Positions 26,589 through 38,376 of a stretch of DNA of 64,000 bases are shown in pieces. Position numbers and translations under genes: made by a program. The DNA lies in the NCBI GenBank assembly GCA_026770705.1, contig JANJGN010000385.1, positions 310,001 through 374,000 of the forward strand, written 5' to 3'. Under the pieces are notes generated by a model. It saw nothing but the letters and a program-made list of their open reading frames with translations, was not told the origin of the DNA and searched no databases. This DNA comes from Isurus oxyrinchus (lineage: Eukaryota). Every line of letters begins with the position of its first letter. Position 1 is the first letter of the stretch.

Positions 26589-29283
26589 ACTCCAATCTCT
26601 GGTCTGAGCCTCTTCTCTCATCCAGTGTTCTCAATTCACATGTCTCGGAGTGAACGTGTATTAAGCTGAGAGACAGAAACACTACTGCCAAAGAGCAAGA
26701 AAATCTCTCCTGATCATTGTAACCTCTCAGTTCTGATATCATCCTTGTAAAAGTGCTTTCTCTTGTGGGACTGTGATTTCTATTTGAACTGATGCTTCAC
26801 GTTATATTTCTCTAAAAGGACCCATTCTCTGTCTGTTAGATTTCACAGATAAACCCACGATATTCCCTGCTGAAATTATTGCAGGAAAGCATGTGGATGT
26901 AAGCTGCACCATCAACACAACGTGCAATGGAACAGCAGCGCCTGTCTTAACCTGGGACACTCCCACTGATGTACCTGGATCAGTCTCAAACACTGTAACT
27001 CAGCATGGTGTCACTCTGACCTATACTTCTGTTCTGACCCTGACCCCATCACTCAAACACCACGGACACACTCTCAGCTGCAGAGTGAGATATCCATCTG
27101 TTTCATCGGAGCGGACCCTCGTACTAACTGTGCAAGGTAAGTACATACACCTTTCATTCTACATCAGCACTCCCTCAGCGCTGACCCTCTGACAGTGCAG
27201 CCCGTTCTCAGTGTCCACATTCTCAGACCTCTCAAAGTGCTTCACAGTCGATTGAAGTTAATTGATCTTTATTTGATTATTACTGAATAAAGAGACAAGC
27301 TGTCTAAAGTTTACATCTCGCACACACCATTCTCCATGGCAACACCTCCACCTATCAGAGACCACTTGCCAACCAATCAGCACTCTCTTCCCATTAAGTA
27401 TAAATTGTGGTTCACTTTCTGTTGGTAATCCTGCGAACGGGCTTCTTGATTCCTGCCCTGACATCTTAATGTCCAAATGAACAGAACAAGTTCCAACAAT
27501 GAGCTGTGGTTGGTGATTCCTCCCATTACATATCGGGACACTGGAGACTATCAGTGTGTGGCAGAGAATGAACATGGAGCAGTGGAGGGGTTCATAACCA
27601 TCACTGTGGAACGTGAGTGTACACAGACATCAACATCTCTCTCAGATTCAAACATTGCACAAACACACACAAATATACAGAACTAAATAGACACGTGCAG
27701 ACACACATGTATGAGCAATTACAAAGACACACTCACGAACAAACACACTAGCACACACTGCCCTGTGGCTTACCTGAGTACTGCACTGGAGAGTTGGCCT
27801 GAATTCTGGGATTTGTGTTCCCAATCATGTTTATGGAAGAATATGGAAATTACAAAGTCTATTACAGACACTCAGATGCATAGAGACACTCACAGATACT
27901 CTCTGCCTCTCCAACTCTCTCTCTCCCTTTAAGAAGCTTCCTGAAAGCTAACCCTTCGAACAATCACCGGCCCCAACTCCTCCTTATCTGATTCTGTGTG
28001 ATTTTGTTTGTGTATCTGAGAGTAAGAGAGAAGTGGAGAGGTTTAGTTAGAGAATTCCTGCTGGTGAAAATCTTACATCATTTACTCACCTTTCCAGTGC
28101 ACATATTTCCCAGTATGTCCAATGCCCCTGTTTATAATGATGACTGCCTATGTAAACGTCACGCTGTAGTTACAGTCTCCCACCAGTGGTGGCATTGTAG
28201 CACTTAATCCTTGTGTTTCCCAGCTTTTCAAGCAACTCCACTTCCCAGTTTGCTACACAAGCTGTGAGTTCATCAGAATTAAATTATTTCTCAAATGATA
28301 GATTTGATAATTCATTTTATTGAAAACTTCCTCAGTGCCTCCCTGAAGGGTTTACACTCTCTGGGAAGCAGGAATAGGCTGGATGTTGGGGAGTTCATCT
28401 TTTCCCAGAGAGTAGGGATCCTTGAGAATGTGCTGTCAGTGGGTGTGGTAGTTCCTGTTTCTCTGTCGCCTTCAAGAGGGATCTGGAGTCATTACTGACT
28501 GTGGGAGAGATCATGGAAGCGGAGAATGATACAGCACAGGAGGAGGCCATTCAGCCCACTGTGCCTGTGCCAGGTCTTTCAATGTTCTATCCAATCAGAT
28601 CCACTAACCACCACTCCACTTTACCCCATCTTCCTCCTTCAAGTGTTTATCCAATTTCCCTTTTGAAAGTTCCTATTGAATCTGCTTCCACCGCCCTTTC
28701 AGGCAGCACCTTCCAGATCACAACAACTCGCTCTGTCAAAACAAATTCTCCTCATCTCCCCCTCCAGTTGGTCAATCTGTGTCCCTCTGGTTACCGACCC
28801 TCCTGCCCCTTAAATACATCGATACTGTTCACCTCAACCACTCCCTGTGGGAGTGAGTTCCACATTCTCCCCTCTCTCTGGGTAAAGATTGGAACTGTTT
28901 ATTAAGAGGGGGGTGTAAGTCCGTGGGGGAGTCCATCTCGATTCTGCTCGATTCGCACACGCGTCCGAGATGGATTTCCACCCTGCACTAAACGTTTCCA
29001 GAATTTTCTACAGCACAATCCTGTACACAGCGATGGAGAGTAACATTGGACAGGGAGTCCAACAGCACAATGATCCATTCTCACCAATGTTCCACGCTAA
29101 GGGGAAAGTTCCGATTGTCCACTCTTAGAGTGTTTACAATGAAAACATTCATTCCACATTGAATCCCAGTGGATGGGTCAATATTACAGCAAATGTTGCA
29201 GTGATATGAAGCTTGATTGTTCAGCCAGAGTGAGAGATTGAAAGCGGAGAGTCAGTGATGATTTCTTTCTGTGTGTTCTCTAG

Positions 29284-29423
29284 ACAGTGGAGGAGAGATT
29301 CTGCATGTGATCCTGATCCTGGGAATACGAGCTGTGATATTCCTTGTGGCTGTGGTTATCACTATCACTGGAGTCTGTGTCTGGGAGAGACAAACAGTGA
29401 AAGGAAGTCGACAGACTGTTTGA
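29284..29423 (+). CDS. Gene B TM/terminal exon with intramembrane Arg (open, but in a pseudogene)
   Basis: ttctctag|AC AGT GGA... = SGGEILHVILILGIRAVIFLVAVVITITGVCVWERQTVKGSRQTV*. Confidence 0.75.
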
Positions 29424-30859
29424 AGCTTTGTAAAGCAACAATCTGGTCAGTCAGTGCGGACAAATAACGTGTGATGTTGTGTTAAGTTGTAATCAAACTG
29501 GTCAGTGTCCTGGTTAGAATCACCTTCGTATCAGAGAGGCATTCCAGCACAGTAGGAGACCATTCAGCCCATTAAGTCTATGCTGTCTCTGTGTAGAGCA
29601 ATCCACTCAGTCCCATTCCCCCGCTCTATCCCCGTATCCCTGCAAGTTTATTTCCAAGTGTCCATCCAATTTCCTTTTGAAATCGTTCATCGTCTCCACT
29701 TCCACCATCCTCGTAGGTAGCGAGTTCCAGCTCATTACCACTCGCTGTGTAAAAAAGTTCCTCCTCACATCCCCCCACTGCCCACAACCTTCAATCTGTG
29801 TCCCCCAGTCCTTGTCCCATCAGCTAATGGCAACAGCTTCTCTTTGTCTACCGTATCTAAACCCATCATCATCTTGTACACCTCGATCAGATCCCCCCTC
29901 AATCTCCTTTGCTCCAAGGAGAACAACCCCAGCTTCTCCAACCCAACCTTGTAGCTAAAATCCCTCATCCCTGGACCCATTCTGCTCAATCTCCTCCCCA
30001 CCCTCTCAAGGACCCTCACTTCCTTCCCAAAGTGAGGAGACCAGAACTGGACACAATACTCTAGCTGTGACCTAACCAGAGCTTTATAAATGTTCAGCAT
30101 AACCTCCCTGTGTTTGTACTCAATCCCTCCATTTATGAAAAGCTTATTCTTTCCATCAGCACAAACAACAATTTCCAAGCGGACTCCCATCAGCAGACAG
30201 AGTGCAATGAAACATCGGCATGCCTGCTTCTTAATGTACGGAGAGAAACCTGGAATGAGAGATTCTCCTTCTTCTCCTCAGCAAGCTGAAACTTTTCCTT
30301 ATACCTGGTGCTCCCCAGTCCTGCTGTGTGGACACATCATAACCACGGCATTGTCTGGCTGTGTGCAGCCAACATGGTCAAATAGGAATGAACAGAAATG
30401 TGACATTGCTAAACTCTGTTCTCTGATTGGAATGTGCTTTCTGAATGCTGCACCTTTTTCATGCTGCGATAGATTGTAAGAAGCATTTGGGTTATGAATA
30501 AAATTACATTGATTAACACAAGTGATTAAAATGCTCAGCCTGTTCTGTAGATACTTATGGATTAAAATTCTTATTTTGCTGCAAGATTCTTGGCTCAAAG
30601 ACATTACTCCATGTTGTCACTTTTTCCAGTCAGATGAATTCCTGTGCCCATCTTTATAATGGAAATTTTCAATGTAAACACGTCACATTGCAGCTGCACA
30701 CTCCTGCCAGTGGTGGTGCCATTCCAAAACTGTCTTGCTGCACCAACACAGTGAGAATTATTCTCGACATGTACATGATGTTGTTGTTACACAGACATCA
30801 GGCGGAATCTTGGGCTGTGCCTAGAATGCACTTAGGACATTGCAGACCACGCACAGAAC

Positions 30860-31845
30860 TGACAGTGCAGCGTTTCCTCAATCCTGACCCTTGGTCAGTG
30901 CAGCGCTCCCTCATTACTGTCCCTCTGACAGTGCTGCACTACCTCATTATTGACCCTTTTCAAGTGCAGCACCCTGTCAGCACTGACCATCTGACAGTGC
31001 AGCACACCCTCATGGCTGACAATCTGACAGTGCAGCAATCCCTCAGTACTGATCCTCTGACACTGTATCCCTCCCTCACTACTGACCTTCCGACAGTTCA
31101 GCACTCCCACGGTACACACCTTCTGACAGTGCAGCACTCCCTCAGTACAGACTCTCTGACAGTGCAGCACTCCCTCAGTACTCACCCTCCCACAGCGCAG
31201 CCCTCTCTCAGTACTCACCCTCCCACAGTGCAGCACTCCCTCAGTACTCACCCTCCCACGGTGCTGTTCGAGTTGATTCAATCAAGACTGGTGCCCAAAG
31301 AGGGAGGTTTCAATGCTAAATCATTGAATCGGTGAAAATTATTTTTAGGCTTACGGGAACAAGACTTAGTTCCTCAAATCCTTTCTTTTGCAATAACACA
31401 CAGTACAAGAATTCTGTTTAAATAAATTCCAGTTAAACTTTGCCATGAAAGGATATCTTCTCACACTCGGCTCTACCTCAGTACTAACCCTCCCACAGTC
31501 CGGCACCCCCTCAATACTGACCCTCTGACTGTGCGGAACTCACTCAATACAGACCCGCCGACAGTTCAGCACTCCCACATTACTGACCCTCTGACAGTGC
31601 AGCACTCCCTCAGTACTGAACCTCTGACCGTGCAGCACTCCCTCATTACTGACCCTCTGACAGTGCAGCACTCCCACATTACTGACCCTCTGACAGTGCA
31701 GCACTCCCTCATTACTGACCTTCTGACAGTGCAGCACTCTCCCATTACTGACCCTCTGATAGTGCAGCACTCCCACATTACTGACCCTCCCACAGTGCAG
31801 CACTCCCACAGTAGAGTCCCGCTGACAGTGCAGCACTCCCTCCGT
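30860..31845 (-). repeat. 33-bp minisatellite, mirror of 2615-3592
   Basis: Reverse-complement units with the same internal unique spacer. Confidence 0.9.
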
Positions 31846-32067
31846 AATGATAACAGGGGTCGTTGAAATGTATCATACGGCCCGAGACCTGTATTGGGGA
31901 CTCTATCGCCTGAGTTTCAGCCTCTGTGGTGAGGGGGAGGAGTCTAATCCCACGGAGCCAATGGAGAAGCTTCATGACTACAGCTGCCCAAATATGAGCT
32001 GACAGATCACACATGGTAAACGTTTTGCTGAGAGCACAAAACATCCTCGATCTTCTCACTGATTACC

Positions 32068-32208
32068 CACTTCCTCATTTTGTCTCACAGTGACACATCC
32101 ACCCTTTCTAATTAAACACACAGAGGGAGCAGCACAGGAAGAGGTCATTCAGCCCAAGCAGAGCGTGTGGGCAGTTCCTCCCCAGGCGAGCAGTCGGACA
32201 GGTCCTGG
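32068..32208 (+). promoter_or_regulatory. Gene C non-coding 5' exon and ETS/PU.1-like block
   Basis: CACTTCCTCATTTTG at 32068, donor TGG|gtaagt at 32209. Confidence 0.55.
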
Positions 32209-32658
32209 GTAAGTAACGGAACGATTGGAATTCACTTCCACGACCAACACCGTCCTTTGTTGATGTTGTGACTTTATAAAGACAGATTCCAATGATTGAT
32301 GCCTTTGAAAGATTTCTACTGGTTATTGAGATCTGGGTGTGAGACTCAAGTCTGTTGTACAGAACATCTTTCTAGCTCAAGGGATGAGGGAAGTGCAGAG
32401 ACATGAGCTTTGGGACGTCTTGAGGTGGTGAAAGGTGCTATAGAAATGCAAATCCTTTAATGTTTTTCTTTCTTAAAGCCTTGTAACTCTCTGCAGAGCA
32501 CCTATCATCCCACAGAGAATCAAATTAGTCTGTAAAGACATTGTCCAAAAACAGTTCTGATCTCTTGAGAGCTGTCGGACAAGAGGTGAGGTCTCATTAA
32601 CTCCTTTCTCTTTCAGAGTTTGAGAGTCAGAAGCTTATGAAATATTTGGGAGTGGACA

Positions 32659-32698
32659 ATGATCGGGAAATCCTACTTCCTCCTGTCACTTCTCGAAG
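32659..32698 (+). CDS. Gene C leader exon
   Basis: MIGKSYFLLSLLE + G|gtaat. Joined to V1 it gives MIGKSYFLLSLLEVGLS|QEWKG, a plausible signal peptide. Confidence 0.85.
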
Positions 32699-33696
32699 GT
32701 AATAACGTCGTCAGCTCGGACAGTTTTATGGCTAATAGTCTTTGTAAAAGATCATTCTTATTGAGTGTGATAGGGAACTGATTCAGCAGTGAGCCAGTGT
32801 ACAAACTGACACCAAGTCCCATTCACCCATCACCCCTGTGCTCACTGATATACACTGACTCCCTGTCTGACAGTAGAATTGGAGGAGAGCAGAGATCTCA
32901 GAGGGTTTTAGGGTTGGAGGAGGTTACACAGATAGAGAGTGTAGAGGGGGGATGGTGGGGTAAGAACTCGATGATGAGAATTTGAAATTTGAGTCATTGC
33001 TGGACTGGGAGTCAGTGTAGTTCAGCCAGTGACAGGGGAGCGATCGGCTGAATAGAGAATCAGGAATACCAACTGGGGGATGAGGTCTATCCTGATGCTG
33101 GGACTCGGATAACAATGCCCTGAAATTTTGTGTCTTTTGCTGATTTTGTCAGAATTTCCCATGAAGACAACACAGCAGCTCCTAGAATAGACAGGCTGTT
33201 CAGTGTCACACTTCCTGTCCATTCTCACCTTGCTAGATACTTCAATAAGGGAGCAAGATAACTGAAAGAGAGAAGGAAGGTAAAGCTGTCTGTGTGTAAA
33301 ACTGTCAAATATTCTGAGTTATCATGATTGTTTCTGATCTGCTGCAGAGTTTAAAGTTCTCAGAACATTAGCACTTTGCAGCTCAGAGAGAGACCATTGA
33401 CTCACTGCCTGAAAGGGCGGTGGAAGCAGATTCAACAGGAACTTTCAGAAGGGGAACTGGATAAATACTTGAAGGGGACATTTTGCAGGGCTTTGGGGGA
33501 GAGAGCAGAGGTTAGAGTGGGACTAATTGGACAGATCTTTCAAAGGCCCAGCACAGGCTCGATGGGCCAAATGGCATCCTTCATTTCCGGATCATTCTAC
33601 AATCTGATAAATTAAGCCCCACATCAGTAACTCTTCAGGCTCCTGCTGCAGGGATGGATCTTTGAGAAGGACAGGGAACAAGAGGTTCCTGGTATC

Positions 33697-36070
33697 ATTT
33701 TCATATTTCTTGACAATTATATAAGTGTATAGATCTGTTGAATATTTGAGTCTCTAAAGCGTAGAGGTAATCTGCTGTTATATCGAGATCTTGTGGTGGC
33801 AAAATTGTCTGGAGGTTTCTTTAATTGCTCACATTGATCTGTGGGATTGTCATTCTTCGATGTTGTCCCTGGTTTCAATTGACATTACACCCTTGATGCA
33901 ACTGAGGAGGCTTTAAACTAATATGGCAGGGGATCGGATCCCGAGAGGAGGTTCAACAGAGAGAGATGCACGGCCAAAATTAGAAGAGAGAGCAAATGAA
34001 ACTGGAAGGCATAGAAATTATTGACCATTTAAGGCTCAAGATAGTGTGGCAAAGTTGGATTGTATTAATTTTAATGCAAGGAGTCTGACAGACTTGCATT
34101 CTCCTGCAGGTGTAATGTTGCAGCTCCCTTGAACCTGCCAATATTGTTGAATCTGTCTGCATATTTCAATGTTATGTCATGAACTGAGCTGATGGGATAG
34201 TTTCTGAGACTGGGACAGACATAAATCCATTGGCTTTCGGCCGGACCGGACAATCATGGAAGTGGGTGGGGCCAGAAAATCCCACCCCTATGGGAACATT
34301 TTCAGTTAATTTGATGTGCCCAGAGAGATCAATAAAGACCACAATCCACAATTTATTGGCAAGCCACGTCAGGATATGTGTGAGAGGTGGAATTTCGATC
34401 ACCGCTCCTAGTCTTGTCGTGTACATCATCGCCATTTCCTGGTTTGTCAGTCACCACATGTATATGTTCCTGATGGGATAGCGGATGGTCATTCTTATTG
34501 CTTGAAGGTTCCCCGTTGTGCAGGGTTTGATTGGATCAGCGCACGGCTCTTTGTAGCTGCATCAGCCTTTGCTCTCGTGCCCTGCCGCTGTCAATGGCCC
34601 TTTCTGCCACAAGCCTTGCAGGATTGGTGGAAAGCTGGGCATTTCCTTGGTGCCTGCAGAAGGCCACACCTTCCACACGTCTCACTAGGTTTGGATGTTC
34701 TAGTGAGTGTGTCAACAATTGATGTTGTACTGAGGACCTGTAAGCTTCGTTGACCTGCGAGGATCACTTCGTATTTATGTCCATCCTTGAGTAGCTCTTC
34801 AATGCTATAGGTTTTGGTCTTATCTAGCAGATCTTTCTGGAAGGCTTCCATGGGAGTGGATGTAATCACCAACTCAACAACTGTGTCTGCAGGCTCTGTG
34901 TTTGAAATCACAGTGCGTACCCTTTTCTCTACATCGGCTGATGAAGTGGTCTATGGATTGTGTAGGCTGATGAAATGACATAAACTCTAGTTGATGAATA
35001 TGGAGTTTCACCTGATTCTGAACCTGTCTTCCAATATCGTCCGTATCTATTGGGGATCTTTTCGCTCTTCTGCTGTTAATCCTGATGTGCTCAGCCTGTG
35101 TAGACCTTCATTCCCAATCGCGAGGTGAATTTTTATGGGTGGCTCGTCTGGTTCAGTCACACCTGAATCAGGAAACCAGAGCTCTGTACGCTGTTTAAAC
35201 ATTCTGAATTCAGATAGTCGGTCAGCTACATCCCAGTTCAAACTGGGGAATTTCGTGGACATTCTGACAATATTCCTTTGACCTTCCTTCTCCTACAGGA
35301 CCTGGGATGAGTGTCGCTTTAGCCCCTTTCGTGTGCTTTTCCGAAGCTCTGCCCACGAAGACGGGTTGTGGCAGGAACACACCACGGAGTAATGGAGTCT
35401 TTGTTTTTTATTCAATTTGCTGTTCAGCAATCTCGAAGCCGCCCGTTATAATCACTAACTTCTCTGGCCTGATTTTTATAATGGTTTTTGTGTGTTTGAC
35501 TCTCCCTCGCTCACTATCGATCCAGCCCACACCCTGGTCACTCGCCTTCCCTGACTGAGCTAACCCGCTGCTGGTCCTGGCGATACACACTGTCCCACTC
35601 ACTGACCTACAGGCCGTGTGCTGTAATCTCACCACGAGGGATCCGTCTGCTCCCCAGCTCTTTACTTGAGCTCTTTCCCGTCACTGTGTCTTCAAAGGTT
35701 TCCTGAGCAGTCAGTACACTGCGATTTCAACCCTCTCTGATGCTGTGTCTCTGTTGTGGTCTGACCAAAGCGTCGAGGGTCGTCTCATGTCATGTAGCTC
35801 GATCTCAGGCTGTTCACCACGTCATACCTGTACTGAATCTTGCTGCCAGAATGTTTTGCCACCACTGATCACCATGTTGTGTTTTTATGATGATATAAAG
35901 GCACCAGCCACTGATACGGAATTGGGTAAATACATTGTGGGTTCAGTTATTTAGAACAGGGACATGAGAACAGATATACAAGGATAGAAAGCTGGGAGAC
36001 ACCTGCAGCCAAACTGTGTGAGCTGTGTTCTGCTCACAGGCCAAAGTGAAACTTGGACTGGATGGTGTTA
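33697..36070 (-). mobile_element. Second copy of the Gypsy relic with internal deletions and a CR1 fragment (~33900-34080)
   Basis: Gag ORFs near-identical to 14908-15579. Lacks the equivalents of ~15965-16470 and ~16600-18020. 33700-34060 mirrors 1-360. Confidence 0.85.
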
Positions 36071-37998
36071 CCATCCCAGCTGATGTTACTACTGGGCAAG
36101 TCAGATCCCAGGGTGGAACTCAGCTTGATCGGTCCTAACTTTTATTTTTTATTTAGGAATGTGGAGTGCGGCTACTGAACAGAGTCACAGGAGTCATCTG
36201 ATGAACGTCTAACAAAAGAATAAAACATTTATTAAACTAGGAAAGACAAACTATATGAAATTACTCCTTCACCCAGACCTATATCTTTGCAGATATATAC
36301 AGATTCACAAAGATAACACAAGTTACAATAACTATCTTATACTATCATGTTCACACTAAGTACACAGTCCATGTAAACCAATAGACGACCTGTGGTCAGG
36401 GACACCACACTCTTCAACCAAGTGACAGAGCCCACTTGAAACAAATGCTATGGTTCTCTCCTCAGCTGTCCCCAGACGCTTGTTGCACTGTGAGCCAACC
36501 AGTCTCACTGAACTGAGATATCCATTTGAGGGTTTCCAATCTCCACTCTCCAAGAACACACTTTGGAATCTTCTCCAACATGACACTTTCACTCAGACAC
36601 CTTCCACAAGGGACCACTTTCACTATTTCAAACTCTCCTTCCCATGTTCCTGTTCCCTGGATCGCCACGTGCATTCAGCCTTCCTTCCACGCCCTGTCTC
36701 TCCAATGCTCAGCCGTGTCAATGGAACACCATGGCTTCACATGGCCGTAGTAATGAGTCACCAACCTGTGGTGTCTCCTAGGATCTTCTGGCTTCTCACA
36801 AGCCTATTTTGCTTTAGGTCTGTGTCCTGCTGCTTCTTCCTTTATGCTTGAAGCCTTTGTCCGCTCCTCACTCTTAACTTCACTTAACAGGGCCTTTTCC
36901 AGATTTGACTAGAAGGTTTTCTTGGACCCTTTCTCCTGTTCCACTCGATAGTTTTGGCTTCTTCTTTACTTTGGGACTGACTATCTGTCCCGCTCCTTTG
37001 CTGCTTCTCCTGGCAACTCCTTTCAACAGAACTGAAAGTACTTTTCTGTTTTTCTCTGTCTCTGTGGGTCTTTCCCTCTGGATCATTGTTGCTAGGCAAC
37101 AGCACAGTTTCTTCTACCTTGTGTTTGTTTTGACTTCCCTTCAACAGACATAAAACCTCAATGGAATGCTGGCTTCTTCTTACGTCAAGTTCCCCCTTTT
37201 CTAAACACCCAAATACAGAAATACAAACTAAACTTGAACTTAAAGATAGACCTTATGCCTAACACACACAAATATGCATCGAACTTACTTAAGCCAACTC
37301 CAGTTCCTAAAAATCACATGACACACTTCCCCTCGAGTGATGTCATGCTGCTGTCCCTGAAAGGCATATTACAACAGTGTTATCACTTGGCAGGTGATGT
37401 GTGCCAGGCAGACCAAGTCCATGAGAGGAACTTGGTCTCACTATCATAATGATTTTGCAATTGGTATTTGTTATGATTGTGCACTGAATTCAGAAGCAAT
37501 AACTCCATCAAGACATTTAGAGATTTAAAACAATAAATTAAAATATTTGTCATCAAAATAAAAGATTTCAAGCACATACATAAGACTACAATGACTGCTA
37601 TAATAACTCCTAAAATTCCTAATTAACCTGACTCCCAGTTACACTTCCTTTAAGGCAACAGACCAAAAATAAATGTTAGATTTAAAACAAACTCAGCAAG
37701 TTAACACAATGCCCTGGACAGTGGAATTCCAAATAGATTTTCCCCAACTTCAGTTCTGTTGCAGAGCAGGTTTGTACACAAACAGGGTCCTGAGGACCAT
37801 GAGCCAATGTAGCATGAATATTTCCGCTTTTGTGTCCAGGATTCTCTTCTATCCATTGTGAAACACTGGGGAGATCCCTGTGTGTCCTGTAGATGGTCCA
37901 CACTGCAGCCACTCTGACCCCGTGAAGGAGGGGGTGGATATCGAGTCTAGTAGATCTACAAACCATCCAGAGTTAAATATTGATATTTCTCTCCCCAG

Positions 37999-38376
37999 TT
38001 GGACTGTCACAAGAGTGGAAAGGTGAAACTCCACGACAGGTGACAGCGCAGGAAGGTTCGTGTGTCCAGATTCCATGTAACTACAGTTATCCAGCACGTG
38101 TAGTACGGAGAGCACGTGTCGGAATCTGGTACGTGAAATGGTACACATGGAATACAAGGTCTAGAGGGACTATAGCTTTTCACTCCAAGGATCACAATCG
38201 CGAGTTAACACGGTTCCGCAATAGGACACGGCTGTCTGGAGACCTGAAAGATGGCGACTGTTCCCTGATTATAAACAACATCAGACGGGAAGATGCACAT
38301 TATTATTATTTCAGAATAGAATTTGACAGCAGCAATAGTTACAGCTACTATCCTGCAACCCAGCTTCACCTTTCTG
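37999..38376 (+). CDS. Gene C V-set exon V1 (sialic-acid-binding Arg present)
   Basis: 378 nt, ccccag|...|gtaagt, open. CVQIPC...DCSL...YYYFRIE. Confidence 0.9.

Larger units (their letters stand above)
24864..29423 (+). pseudogene. Gene B: activating-type Siglec-like pseudogene (L-V-C2a-[C2b remnant]-TM Arg)
   Basis: Leader 24864-24903 has TCA->TAA at 24891. V exon 25606-25980 has TGA at 25623 and conserved W->C. C2a 26840-27136 is intact, C2b remnant spans ~27460-27612, TM exon spans 29284-29423. Confidence 0.85.

Noticed and set aside
29255-29467. ORF 'RQWRRDSACDPD...SCDIPCGCGYHY' (also 4593-5108) resembling a degenerate V exon
   Set aside because: Wrong frame. The phase-1 frame after the acceptor gives a clean TM segment and stop.
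30700-30720. CTCF site in CCAGTGGTGGTGC
   Set aside because: One base short of the CCASYAGRKGGCRS core, so it is not supportable by eye.
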